A DNA stretch of 64,000 bases from Takakia lepidozioides (Eukaryota; Plantae; Bryophyta), in NCBI GenBank assembly GCA_030704615.1, contig CM060733.1, positions 35,836,001-35,900,000 on the forward strand. Direction: 5' to 3'. The translations under genes and the position numbers were made by a program. The notes beneath the pieces are model-generated. The model worked only from the letters and a program-made list of their open reading frames with translations. It ran no database searches and was not told the DNA's origin. Numbering within the stretch: the first letter of the stretch is position 1; each line of letters opens with the position of its first letter. Below are positions 9,675-23,700 of this stretch, in pieces.

Positions 9675-12600
9675 CTGTATCCTCAATGGAAATAATAAGA
9701 GCAACTTTTGGGCTGATAGACTTGTTATGTGCCATCGGTCTCCAACCTCTCCACTTTGGGATAGTCTCTTTGCTTGATTTGTGTGGCTGCATGCTTAACC
9801 TTGGTGCCACCAAATTTGAGCCTTGCCACCTTGAACTAGCTAGTCTGAAGATTTCAGCACCTACAATTCCACTTGGACTTTCACCAATAATACACCTGTC
9901 AATGCTTAGACTGCGCAAATTCTGTTGGACGCTCACATCCGTCTGCAATGTCGCCACCTGGCAGACATCCCTGGCACCCAGATCCTTGAAGTTCCCATTT
10001 TGGATGGGTGTCTCCACTAGCAGAGGCTGACCTACATCTGGTTGGTTGTCATCAATGAGGCGAACACACAAGAAGATACTTCCTTCCTTTGTAAACTGCA
10101 CCAACGAGGGAGAAAAGATGAGCTTCTAGCCCTGCCAAGTGAGCGAATCCCGCTGACAAAAATTATTTCCAGTCAATGTAGCACTGCCTACTACAGCTCA
10201 GTGTAGTAGGCACTAGTAGCACCAGTATTCCTTGTGGTGTTGGCACCAATATATAACCAGGCAGAGGATGCTAGCCTCTACAAGGGAAAACACTACCCAT
10301 GCTAAGTTTTCAGGGTCATTAGAAGCTACTAAAAACTGCCACACAACTCTAGGCTCGGAAACCCTCAGAAATCTCATGGTTTCTCAAAAGAACACACACT
10401 GAACAATGTGACATGCCTCTCACCTTCACAGCATTGCCAACCAAATTGATCAAAACCTGCAACGGACCACAAACTATCATGTCAGCTCATCAGAACCCAG
10501 CTCCTCTGCTTGGACAGTAGGAAATTTGTCATTTTTTCTGTGACTCAGGAGAGAACCCAAACAACATTGCCTTCTTCCATAGCTATATTTCATCGTGTGC
10601 CTGTTAATAGAAGTGACCCTCTGTCACATCCTTCTTTTCGTTGTTCTTTTGGTTGCTGATGCTACAAAGAACAGCAAAGAAGAGCAACCCGCCTTCTGGA
10701 GGGTCTGACATCGGAGAAAACTAGTCCACAGGACTTCCTAGCACTCTTTTACATTCCACCATAACGTGTAGTGATGAGAAACAATATTTTGTTACCTGTC
10801 GAAGTCGTCCAGGATCCCCAATAACACACGTGGGCACAGTATCATGGATTAGCCCAGCTGCCTCAAGGTGCTTCTGGTGAAGTTTCTCTTCAAAGAGAGA
10901 GAGTACATCATCCACCTCAGCCCTTATATCAAAGGGAACAGACTCTATCTCCATTCGGCCTGCCTCAATCTTTGACAGATCTAGTACATCATTCATAAGG
11001 GCACTGCCACAGAAGTTGAAATATTAGGCGGCAATTCAGATTTTAACATTGAGATGAAATGACAGCATGGGGAAAGTGTACTCTTAGAGTAGACTTGCCC
11101 TTTGTGATGGAATTTCAGGTCTACACATTTGTAACCATGGAGCCTTGCAAACTTAGAGTGATAGCTATGCAGTTGGATCGTGTGGGGGACTAGCAAGTAC
11201 AGATACTGTACTGCCTGTAATCAACCACATGGCTATAGACATTGGGAAATCAAGAGTGCAGGGAATGAGTTTACTCACACAAGCGCATTTCCACTGGCTT
11301 GGGCAATCTTGACATACTCCAGCTGCTGGGGTGTCAAATCTGTGTCGATCAGCATGTTTGTCACTCCTGCCCAGAACACCGACAGTGAAACCAGTACATA
11401 CATTTAGGTGTTACAAAGGTTGCTTTAGGAGGATTCACCGAGCAAGCATCCATTGCACTACTGGAAGAAAGAGGGATATAAATAATCGGCCTCAGGGATG
11501 ATACAACATGCTGCTGTTAGGACAACTCAATTCTCTAGGAATTCCACATTTATCTGAAGCGGATGACAGCTTCAAACATTGAAGACTAAGCACAGCTCCC
11601 AGAGCCATTGATGGATGGAAGACTGGGGATCGAGCTACAACACTTTGACCAGTGTCAATCTTGATACTGCAGTAGACCTCTCACTTCCTGAGCAAATATA
11701 GCAATGTTGTTGATGAACAAACCAATTAACACAGCCTACAAAAGTTTTTAAGATATACATGTAGCACTTGAGAAGAAAAATTTCGGCAATTTCATGCTCA
11801 CCTATCACTCCATTCATGAGAGTCTTGCACTCACCAAACAGCCCAAGCATATCAGCACAGGGTAAGAAACAAGCAAGCAATCACATGCAAAGTTCCGCTA
11901 CCAAAACCTGGGGAGCTCTTATATTGGGGCGTTGGGAGGGGGTGCTGAGAATGTCGAGCATTGCTGTGTGGGTTCTTCTTGTGCCTTCAGCCCCAGAAAT
12001 AAGGTGATAACCTATACCAGGGCCAGGAGCTCCACTCAGGATTACTCCCTTCATTACTATACTTAACATCCACTTCAAGACAATCATACCATAGAAAACA
12101 TGTGGGCATATCCCTCTTATTAACATCTTCAAACTAGCCATGAACACAGAACCAGAAATCATGTGAAACAGTGGCAAGAAAACTGGACTTGGCCTTGTCT
12201 GCAGCTTCAGCAGCAACTTTGGCAGCTCTCAAATCTCTGTTCATCTTCTCGATAATAGCAACGTCCCCCTCAATGGCTTGCATTCTCTTGAGAACCAAGT
12301 ATACAATAACAGCACATAACAGTATCAATATGATCATAAGCAGTGGCCATGCAATTACGCTTCGTAGAGCATACAGCTTGACGTTCTGCATTGAATAACA
12401 TCGGACTTCCAAGGAACGGTTCCCAGAACCGTATGTCCACGGGACAACCAGTGGGTGGATCACTTGCCTTTGATGCAGAGTCATAGAGGATTAGTGTGCA
12501 GACACCCGAGTCACTGCAATTGTCATACCAAGGTAAGCCCGCAGATTGATTCACCACATACACTACAGCGACCTCCATGTCAACATCGTCTTGGAACCTG

Positions 12601-14594
12601 AACAAACAGGGCATCCGAAGAGATTTCATGGTGGTCAATAGTGTAAACTTTCCAATGTGTCGAGTTTTAAGAAGAATCACCTGAATGCAGTCAATGGGAA
12701 TGTCGCAGGCCCTCAAGGACTCAACAATTACCTCTTCTTTTCCATCTTCCCAATTGAGACAAGAATTTCTAGAATGGAGGTGCTTCTGTCTTGCCTTGCG
12801 TTTCCAGATTCCTAGTGGTGATATAGATGTGTGGAATGCAGAATTTATGTACCTTGAAAGCACCGCATAAAACACCTTTTGTACTTCCAGATTTGTCCCC
12901 ACATAGCCCTGGCAAGCCTCCTCGTGAGATTGAGCAGTTGTCAATGACTGGACATCAGTGCCCCCGTAATAAGCCTGAAACGCCCCTATTCGCCAAACCC
13001 CTGTATATGCAGATGGTGGTGTCAAAGCAAACGCACCTGTTGTCCGAGTTGTATAGAATGTCTCGTTGAGAACTGGAAAGTTTGAGAAGTCAACCATAAA
13101 GTAATTCACATCATCAGTTTCATAGATGATTGGAGCATACTCTGTAGCCACCTTCCGCACTGATGTATGTGCCATAGAGTCGTGTGCCTCAAGTATGGAG
13201 CTGTTCATTTTCTTCTCAAAAGTAGCCCTTTCACTGTTGAGCACTCGTTGCAAGTAGAAGACCCTTCGCACGTTGGGACGGAGAAAGAGCGTCTGGTGTG
13301 TAAAAGTGAGCCAGTTGCTTTTATTCAAGGCTGGGACACTGGCTACCAATCCCAATATCATAAAGGAGGAGTTGAGACTGTTCTCAACTTCTGACAGTAG
13401 TGCCTGCAGGAGTCATTATGGCACCCAAGGATCATATCTCGTGGCTTTGGCCTTCCCATTGCCTTGGGTTCATCACTTCAATCAGGAACACATTTGGAGC
13501 TCTGCAGCCAACAGGTTTGCGCGGGTTTAAGCTGCATTGCATTAAGTGCATTACTATACAGTGGGCAATTCATTTTACCTGCAGCTTTTAAGAAAACTGC
13601 ATCTTACTGGGTAAACTCTGAAAACCATGCTTCGCCAACAGATTGGTGTAACAGTGATTGCACAGGGGGAATAAGTGCCAAATTCATCAATCTAGCCAAA
13701 AGTGACTGAACTATGCCAAATCATGAGACAACCAAGGGACTGGTATTAAGTGCACTACTAAACATGGGGCAACTCATTTGTCCTACAACTTTACAGAAAA
13801 TTGCATCCTAGTAAAACCATGTTTGGCTTTAATAAGTGCCAAGTTCATCAATTCAGTGGAAAGTGACTGAACTATGCCAACTCACGAGACAACCAAGGCA
13901 GTGGTAAGCATGAGCCGTATGGGAGGATCAGCTGTGTTAACATGCATACTGCCAGTAAAATACACTTTACAATGACAGAAAGATAAAAGTCCCAAGGTGA
14001 CGAGATGCTTCATCTCGGAGGCACATACCCCAAGCAATTGGTTTGTTTCTTGTAAAACTGGAAGACAGAGACTGTGACCCAAGAACAGCTGGGAACTGTT
14101 CCATGTGATCATCTTGCAAACTCCGGATACATGCTTCCACGTTGACCACCGTTCCCACTCTTTCTGACCACTACCAGAAACGATATGCCAACGATATCTG
14201 AGAAGGGTTATCAATCCCTGTTGGGGCGAGGAAGTTGACCAATCTCAACGTTCTGTAACAAATACTCGTTTGAAGAACAGTTGGATGTCAGAGTTGAACT
14301 TCCCAGAGGATTTCTTCAAGGAATCAACTGAAGTACCTCTTTTCGATTCATACATTTGAACTCGATCTCCTGCTGCTTTGCATGCAGTTCCGCCCTGTAC
14401 AGCACAAAACCAACAGCTGCTGCCAGGAAGCAGCCCATTAGCAAGATTGAAGCGCCAACTCGTGCCATCCTCAACGGATTCGTTCTCTTCTGGAGCAGGG
14501 CGGCAGCCATCGCCGCTCCTGTATGATCAGCGTCTCCATCGCAAAGGAAGGTCCTTCCGCTCTTTCCAAAATTCTCACGAAGTTTGTCCTCCAT
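9675..14594 (-). pseudogene. CHASE-domain histidine kinase (cytokinin-receptor-like) copy A, pseudogene; exons 1-8 visible and gene continues off the left edge
   Basis: Exons 14594-14337, 13403-12853, 12597-~12159, 11824-11802, 11366-11279, 11003-10796, 10456-10424 and 10095-9675 are colinear with copy B. They encode TM, CHASE (EYAPIIYE), [19 protein letters not shown] and [12 protein letters not shown]. Lesions: a 2-nt deletion at ~12450, a ~93-bp deletion removing EIR and the splice donor after the His, and an AG>AA acceptor change at the microexon. Confidence 0.88.
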
Positions 14595-15264
14595 TTTTCA
14601 TTTTAGCTGCTACTCGTCTTCCATTTTGTCTGCCTTGTGTGTGCTCCTGGTGATTTCAGAGCATAGCGGTTGCTTCCATCACCGTAGCAACTCCTACTGG
14701 CGTATCCAGACATCCGTCATAGACACGTTTCGCTATTGCAAGATAGAAATCAGGTGATCAACCTGGCGATAAGCTTGTTAAAAAGTAGATGAGAAGATTT
14801 TTTGCAAAAAGCAATTCCCGTCGTTCCAGTAAAATTTGAAGAATTGAAGTTCACTCTCCTCCCAAGTTAGAATCCAGCTACGTGTCTTTCAACCCAGATC
14901 ACAATTCCTGTCCTTGTCTCTCAAACCAGATCAGATGAACAAGAGATGAGAAAGATCTCCTTTCGCTTCAGTGAATGCAGTCTCAGTAGCGGGTCTCAGT
15001 AGGCGGGTCTATCATTCTCTATCATCTCCAAGCCTCATCTCAGTAACGATCACTTCACTCTCATTCTTCTCGAAGGATGAATCAACCCAAGGTCAACTCA
15101 ACTCACTGGTGAAGAAACCTAAACTAGAACCATTAACATCAGTTTCGCACCACGCACTTTATCCTCCACCCTTTTCTTTTTCCCCCTCATCGCCTCAGCA
15201 ACTTCATTTCATGGTAGTTCATAGTTCTACGAATGGATGGAGCAATGAGCTCAGTATGCAAATT

Positions 15265-16758
15265 GCCGGAAGGCGCCCAGTGCGGAACAAGAGGAGCTAC
15301 ACTACCTTTGTGCAGGGCTAACTCCAGTAGTGGGACTTACCCTTGATATAAACAATTGGTTCGGGCTTTCTAGAGTTCCTCTAGAATTCCCTTGACATCC
15401 CTTCAAGCATGAACTTGCTGTGTGTGAGATGCCCAAGGGCTTAGGCTCAGCCTCGAGATTTTGACAGATGGTGAACAGAGGTGCAGGCACTATGTTCTCG
15501 ATGATCCTCAAGAGGGTCGCCCTCTGAGGAGAATACCCGTGACATTGTATCAGACAGAATCTGGATATTGTCTTCAGGCCGCCCGCACATCCGGCATCAA
15601 CAATCTCCCTCTCTTTCCAATCTCTATTTCTATGTACTGTTCGAAGGTTGGTTTTGTTGGGACATTCGGGGTGCTTCCCACAGGGTCATATAGACATTTC
15701 AGCCTCCAAGTCAGCGTCTCTTCTTCCTGCCTCGTATTCAGGTACTTGAAAATCTCCTCTACCTTTTCCCGCCAGGACTTTTAGCTGTTTAACAAGACGG
15801 TCGTGCCTTCAAAGTTTAGAGTGGATCATCTTACGGTATCTGGTCAGGCTGGCGATTCTGCTGACCCCACCACATGGACTGATCACGTCGAGAGCTCAAA
15901 GGTGGTACGCCAAACTCGCTACGTTTTGCATCATGTTTTGAGAATGAATTATGAATTGCTTTTGGACCCTAGTAAGATTGGTAGTACCTAATCGTGAAAT
16001 AGGGAACTACCGAGAACTGTCTTATGTGAAATTAGAGTAATCAGCCTACTCTCATCTGAATGCAGGTTGTCAACAAGTGTACATGTTCTAGAACACACTG
16101 ACATGCTCTCTCCGCAACCTGAGTGGATTCTAGAGATTGGGCATGGTGGGCTTTGCCAATCCACACCAAGCAAGGTAGGCCTCATACCGTTGCCTTTCTA
16201 CTTCAGTATGAATCCCTCCGCAGTGGAAAAAATGTGTGAGACCCAAAGCTTTGCGTGTAGCTGTTCGAACCACCTTTTGTATATGCGCATCCCAGTCACA
16301 ACCGCAAGAAACCCAACACAAATATGTGTAGCAAGGGAGTAAGTAGATGGATCTCTTCACTGTCCCATGTCCATTTGAGATCCCCTCCTCACTCCCAACG
16401 ATCATTGAAGGCCACCACCAGCCTTCACAGGTCCAAGTTGCTTTTCGCACATTCAATCAACTCCTGAAGATTGGATGGGGTAGTCCCAAGGCTCGCGAGG
16501 TCATCCGCAATCAGAAGAGCTTGTATGCTGGCATCACCCACCTACAACCCAATTCCCTCGCTTCACATCTTCAAGGAACGGATTAAGAATGAAAACATTG
16601 CAGAGCAGTGTGGAGAGGAGACAACCTTGAGCTACAACTTGGTCAATGTAAAAGAATTTAGACTTCTGACCCTTGTCCATAACACAACATATGTACAGGT
16701 TGTGAAACATCCTCCACATCTTTCCCCAAAAGAAGCCACAGCCAGTGGCACCACAGGT
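15265..16758 (-). mobile_element. Degraded LINE family A copy (older subfamily)
   Basis: Reverse-strand remnants GKMWR, FFYIDQVVAQGCLLS, LPCYTYL, WDAHIQKVV, KALGLTHFF and LEAEPKPL. The 3' end matches family A (GGTAAGTCCCACTACTGGAG). Confidence 0.8.
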
Positions 16759-16779
16759 CTTTTTTTCAAACAGAAAAAG

Positions 16780-16890
16780 AAATGAAATGAAATGGTACTT
16801 TATAACGTCTGCGGAAAGCTCATAGAGCTTATGGGACAAAATGGAAACATGAGAGAGGAACAAGTCCAGAAACCACAATTAATGTTCTAG
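16780..16890 (-). mobile_element. LINE family B 3' terminal fragment
   Basis: Reverse complement of the family B terminus with GAAATGAAATGAAATGG tail. Confidence 0.85.
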
Positions 16891-17708
16891 CAAATGTAGA
16901 GACAGAAAGAGAAACAGAAACAGAAAGAGACAAAGTAGAGTTTCCCTTCAATTTTCCTTCCATAATATTCTGGCTTGCCTGCCTGACCAAGTTAGCAACA
17001 AAACAACAGGAATTGGAATAGATGGTGGTTTGTGACACTCTAGTTTGTGCCTGCTGAGCACCAGTATGCTCATCAATCAGCATCGCAGGTTATTAAATGT
17101 CACTTCCGTGAGGCTACAGATGCAGTAACACTGAAGCAGGCCAGTTCATATTCCATCACTAGAACACCCTATCCTTATTGGTCTCAGCCAAGGCATTTTT
17201 ACCAATGAATCTTCTGTGGATTAAGAGCTTCTATTGTCTCCACTAAACAGTGGAAAGACTATACATCACTCCAGAAAGCATCTTGGAATCAATTTCGTCC
17301 CACCATTCCTGGGAGGTCTGCAGTATGATAGTATGAGATCCATGAATACCAATATAATGATCACAATTCCACATTCCTTCTGGGTATAAACATGTTCAAT
17401 TCTGCTTGAGGTTGGCATGGCAGATTAGAACTGATTGCTAGTCAACCCTTAAGCTGTAAGACACAAGCTGTTGGATGTGCGAGTGGTGATGACCATGAAC
17501 TTGCCTTTGTTTGGGACATGGCACTTGGATGGGTTGTGGATGAAATTACTGTGCAGTTCATATCACAGAGCATATCCCTGTCTTAATCTGGGCTACTACC
17601 AACCAGCAAGTCTGTGCAAGAGAGCCAGAGAACAGACTCCTCCCTCACATTGACTCCACCTCTCATCACCAATAGATCAAGAGCAAGTAGTGAGTGAAAT
17701 GCCCAAAG

Positions 17709-20700
17709 CTATGCAGGCACTCGCCGGTAAAGCTGCAATGTTCGCTCACTAATGCAGCCCAACAAATCCCCCCCGGCAACACGTGCATTCCTGATATCAA
17801 GCACTGGCGATTGATGAGGTATGAGAGACTGGGTCTTGGTCTGGGAGCCCAGGTCCCAAAGCCAAACCGAATTGCTCCCTTCGTCTCCAAAAGCAAATAA
17901 TGAGCCAGGCCCCACGCTCAAGCTACTTCCCGAAGCCCTATCTGCCCTCCATTCAGTAACAATGGTAGATCTGGACATCACTGTCTGGCTTTTATGTCCT
18001 ACCATGGAACTTTGCTGCTCCCAAAACGATGTGCCTTTGGGTACTGGGTGGTCACCAAGACTAGTTAGTGTACCTTCACACACACCGCTTTCCATGATTT
18101 CAAGGAGATGTGGAGGAGTGGGTTTTCTAGTGTATGAGTAGTGAATGGGGACCCCTGTTGACGTGGTAGCTTCCGAGGCTGCTGAGGGCATGTTATCTCG
18201 GGGTAACAATGAAATTGCAGGCTGGCTAGCTCTATCTGCTTGTGAGGGTGAAAGTGGAAAGGAGGAAGATGCAGAGGGGCCCTCCGTACTATTAAGACTG
18301 GGCTTGGGCCTGAAGGAAGCAACAGCTGTGTCAATTGCTGCATTGTAGGTAAGAGATACACAAACTCCTGAATTGTTGGGTTGAGAGAGAGACAGCGACC
18401 TGCAATCAGGAACCAGCCACTTCAGTGAGAGGCTGCAAGTGTGCCTGATTATACCTCACTCACCTTGGATGTGACACCCAGCTCTGAAGTACTGCAGGGA
18501 CTTGTTATTAACTGTAATCTTGATATAATCATACCTTGAACAGCAATAGTGAATCAGAGGACCATAAACAAAATATAGAAGCACAAATGCACCATCCAAA
18601 CCTAATATGTTTTGTGCCTGAAAAGGAACTTGCTCACCTGCATTCTTTGCCTTCTGCATCTGATGACCCCACATGTGGCCAAAAACAAAGGCTACTACTC
18701 GAAGCACTCAGAAGTCCTCTTTCTTCATTATGCGGTTTCCCATCATGATGCGATCTTGTGGGTTCTGGAACATACTGGAGCGTGTGGATTGGATTGCTAC
18801 TGCGACCCTTATGGGTGGCCACCGGCGCTGCAGTCTGGCGCACATCAAACACTAGCACTGATCCATTCTGCACCAGCAATAGGTGGACAAACTGAAATTT
18901 GTAGCTTATGTATGGCTTGGAACACTAATAACGGCTTGAAGGTTTTCAAATAAATCATGACAGCCAAAAATAAAAATTACTCATTTCAGAAGCACAATTT
19001 AAAATTGTCCCCAACACAGCACTGAACCCAGGGAGGTACCTGCAAGCCAGAGTAGACCTGATTTGGGTCATCCAGATCCCATGCACATGCCCAAGAGGGG
19101 CTCTGCAATCAGAAATGCACTTTCTGTGAGCACTTCAGAGATGGTCATGTGCCGCCCCCAAAAGGAACAAATCATGCAGCAGTTTACTTACCTGCAAGGA
19201 ATATGTGATGACCACATTGTTGCTCTCCAAACTGTCCGGATCAACCAACTCACTTGTCAGATATCCAGTTGCCAAAGTAGCACTTCAAGGAAGGAAAGAA
19301 ACTTTGTGAGAGAATGGGAAGCAAGACAGATGATGGAAAAAGTGAGTCACGTGGATATGTCTCACCTCTCCTAGATATTGTGCCAAGTTAATATCTTGAG
19401 GTCATCACATAGATCCAAACACTAGAACATGGCAAAAGAAAGATGTTCACCTAAAGAGAGCGAGCTTCTTGCCTAGGGAAGCCACCAGTGCCAGCCTTCC
19501 CGGGGCCCGTGTGCCAGAAGGTGCAATGCGGATGTCCCGAATTGCACCAGTCCCGGGAGGAAGATCCATGCATTCCCCCTCTGATAATGCCAGTAGGCTC
19601 ATCTGTTTAAAACAAATATATATGCATCAGAAACACATCGAATGCCAGTTGAACAAGCCAGAAAACAAGAGTATTCCGAAACATGTGAGAGGTAGAGGGG
19701 GATCAACAGAAGGAAAGTAAGCAAGAAACTTTACAATGTCCACAGGGGTCCCAAGGGTCCACAGGACAAAGTAGTGTAGGGAGGGAGAGCATTGCAATAA
19801 TAGTGTTGCCCTAGCTTACATAAAAACTGGAAACAAGTGCCTGCAGTCATGTATTCACGACATCAGCATGGTATGTGTAGTACATAAAGGTCATCATACT
19901 TTTGTTAGCCCAGAACAGGCTCGACCGTCTGTCGGTTTGTAGGAAACCAGCAGCATCTGACTGTGTGCGTCCATATCAAACACCTTTGCTCCATGCAATG
20001 GCAATTCATCCTGCATCATCAAACTTTGAATGGTGATTCCATAATTCTTGGTCTCAGATGGCTTTAAGAGATGATCTATCCAACTTATTTCTAATCTGAA
20101 TTGGAAACTCCTGTGACTTCAATTGCACTACAGCTCAAACAGCTCGTCTTGTTTTGTCAAGAAGTGCGACTGAGGTACCTACTTGTAGCACAAAGCTGTT
20201 TCCAAGACCCCGGCTTCCGATGGATGCAAGGGAAGAGAAGGTACGCATAGGTCTTGCTTGAATTCTCTCCTGTGCTCCCAGTGTCTCATTTTCCAGTAGT
20301 CCAGCATTCCTTGCATGCAGTTCCCTTGTAGTATGACTCCTTCCCTCTTCTTGCAGGTATCTTAAATGAGAGGATGCTTCAGCAGGCACCCCGAATCCTA
20401 CTATATCCCTTGTACGTGACAAGTGCCCAAACTCAATTCCAGGGTGATGTTGGCCTGAAGTCTGTTGCTTCCCAGATCGGTACTTGCCACGTTTGCGAAC
20501 AGAGGGCTGAGGTGGCACATTTCGAAACTGTCTCCCATCTTTCCAGTTTGTTTGATGGAAGGTCGGGCATAGCATGGTTTTCAAATGGGGCATATGTGGG
20601 TGCAGGGGTCCCATGTCTTCTCGTGTGACTTGAGCTTGTGCTTGCTGATACTGCATCATTTGAAAAGTATTGAGAGCATCATGTTGTTCTGGACATAGCA

Positions 20701-23700
20701 CTGCCAGCAGAGCCTGCAGAGGAATGAATCATGGAAAGTTCAGCTCCATGTTGGTGACCTTGTTTGGAGTGAAAGAACAGTTGAGATGATGGAACATCAA
20801 GTGTGCTCACCAGTTCATGAGTTTGTGAGCACTCACCTCTGAGCGATGGACCTCCTCCACCAGCTCTGCAACCTGCACATAAGCAATGTGAGTACGAAAA
20901 TTCTCTTTCCCCATCGAATATCGGAAACCTGATGCATGGAAGATGAGCTCATCAGTGAATACCTTTAACTTGACCATCGTATTTTCTTGTTACAATGCAA
21001 AGATTGTCAACAGAAGCAGTTCACCTCTCAGAAAGATAAGAAACATCTAAGGAAATGTTTTTGAAACTGGAATTACCTGCAACTTGAGCTGCTCATTCTC
21101 TGCTCGCAACACACCAGCCTCCTGCTTCCCAGGCAAAGAAGACACCATTATAATTTTAGACGGTGATGAAGTGACGGAATAAACTTGGATCAAAATTTTA
21201 AATCATACCTAGGCTATTGTGATTTGGAAAGCTTACGCACTTCACCTGATTATTTAGAAGGCTTGGGGAGGGTGATGCCTTGGACACATTTGTGTCTTAC
21301 CATTTGAAAGTGGACACATGGTGAACTCATGGAGCATTGCTTGCAGATGCTTGTGGCCATAGATTTCAAGATCAGTTTGGATGGAGCAGAAAGGGGGGGA
21401 AGAAGGGAGGAGGGGCAAGGGAGGGGGCACCACTAGAGTCAGGAAGGCTTGCTCTATAGTTGACGTACCTTTCAGACAAAGTTGGTTTTGGTATTCAAGA
21501 TTTACTGGAGCAGCAATTACTTGTCCCCCTCCAGAAATCAGGCCCCAGGAGGGTCCTGTGGACTTCATAAAGTTTCTGGCTTCTGCTTTTGATGTGGAAC
21601 CCCTGTTGAGGGGGGTGCGGCACAAAATGTTTGCTACTCTCACCATATTGCCCACAGATCGCAACTGTGGATTCTATCTTTCCGAGCTGGACTAAATTAC
21701 TGTGAGCTAGAAAGATATGACGTTCACAGGGAGGAATGAAATGAAATGGTACTTTTTAATCTTCGTGGGAAGCTCAAAGAGCTTACAGACAAGAAAAAAA
21801 CTTTATAGTTTTCATGGGAAGCTGACAGGAAGTAGAAACAAATAAAGTGGGGCCCCGAATAACCCATTCACCACAACCAGAAAACTTTTCTCAAAGGTGG
21901 AGAGGCTCATGTACATATGCTGCAAGGATGCTTGAAGCAGAATACCTCTGTCAGGAGCGACCCTAGATTTCATAGTAGAAACTAACTAGGTATATGTCTG
22001 ACCAGACCTTTTATCACCCTCTATCAGGCCACCAATCTTGCTCAAAGGAGAAAATGAAACTTTATACCGTCGACAGGGGAACACAAGATCACTTAGATGG
22101 CAAGATCAAAGTATGTATGGGGACCCAGAAATCTTTTGATGAGTATGTTCTATACCTGTATCAAGTGCTGGCCTTCCCCATCAACTACCGCGATGCGTGG
22201 TATGTAAATATTTCTCAGGTCCTCAACTTTGGCCCTCCGATTGCAGTGCGGACACTGCTCAAAACAAACAAAATATGCATTGCCATACAATCAGAATCCT
22301 CCTCCCTTCCTGTTTCACCCCTCTTGCCCCCTTCACTATAACACAAAAAGGGTAGCTCGTTAAAAAATAGTTTCCAGTCATAACAGCAAAGATAAAATGA
22401 CACAAACTCAGGGCTCTGTTTACCTGTTTGAATAGACTGGAATTGGTGATGACCTCTATACAAAATCACATTATCAACATCATCCCTATATTTTCTATCA
22501 AAACTCAAAATGGAAACAGTGATGTGGAAAACAAGAAGTGAAATAAAATGTTACTACATAACATCTGCCAGAAGATCAAAGAGCTTATGGGACAAGAGGA
22601 AGAAAGGAACCGACAGTGAGTCGATATTTACCTTGCCTTGCTTCTTGCCAGCTTGCTTGAGCCAGCGTTTGATGCAGGACTTGCCAAACAGGTGGCCACA
22701 TGCCAACGAGCTGCCACTCTCACCATCTCAATTTCAGCAGGAAAACAAAAATACTTCACTGTAGGGTTCTGCAGAGGCCAGTAATGTGCTGGCAAATTCT
22801 GTAGTTACTCCCTTAACAGGGTTGGAAAGAAATGAAATGAAATGGTGCTTTATAACGTCCGCGGAAAGCTCGTAGAGCTTATGGGACAAAATGGAAGAAA
22901 ACATGAGAGAGGAACAAATCCAGAAACCACAATTAATGTTCTAGCGATTGTCTAAGGGTGAAGGCCTCGTGTAGGTAGGCTGCCACACATTTTTGATCCT
23001 CATAGTGAAAGACATCAGTGAGAGTTTGGGTTCCACTGAATAAACAGTGAAATCTCCCACGGATCTCGTAGTATAGAGGGCAGTAGAAGAAGAAGTGTTC
23101 TTCAGTTTCAATTTCCTTGCTGCGCCCTATGCAAGCTGGACATAGGCGGTCCTCCCGTTGCAGGTTTTCCCATCTGCCAGTCTCTATCCGTAGGTTGTGG
23201 GAACCCACCCTGAACCGCCCCAATGCCCTCAAGAGGGAAGGAGATAAGGGTGCTGAAAGGTAATTGGTCTCAAGATTCTATCATCGCGGAGCACCAAGAA
23301 TGTCTCTCGATAGAAGTGGAGCTTTGTCGTGAGATTGGGTAGCATCCAAGTTCTCTTGACATGTAATTTAAGAGAAAGAATGGAACTTCATCATGTCAAC
23401 AAGAAGGCCAAGGACAGAAATGAAATGGACCTTTATAACGTCCGCGGGAAGCTCAAAGAGCTTATGGGACAAATAGGAAGCAAGAAACAAGAAAGAATAA
23501 AAAAGAACGAAGCCAGAAGCAGACAGAGAGAGGGAACATGGCAGAGGTGGAGATAGCATGAGAAGGTACCAGATGCGGTGGCTGCCAGTACTTGTCCAAG
23601 GCTCCATGCAGATGGGGCAAGTGATCATGTCTGCCTCTGTTTCGCCCTGCTTCTGAGTATCCAGCTGAACAGGCCCCACTGTTGCTCTCTCCTTCAAAGA

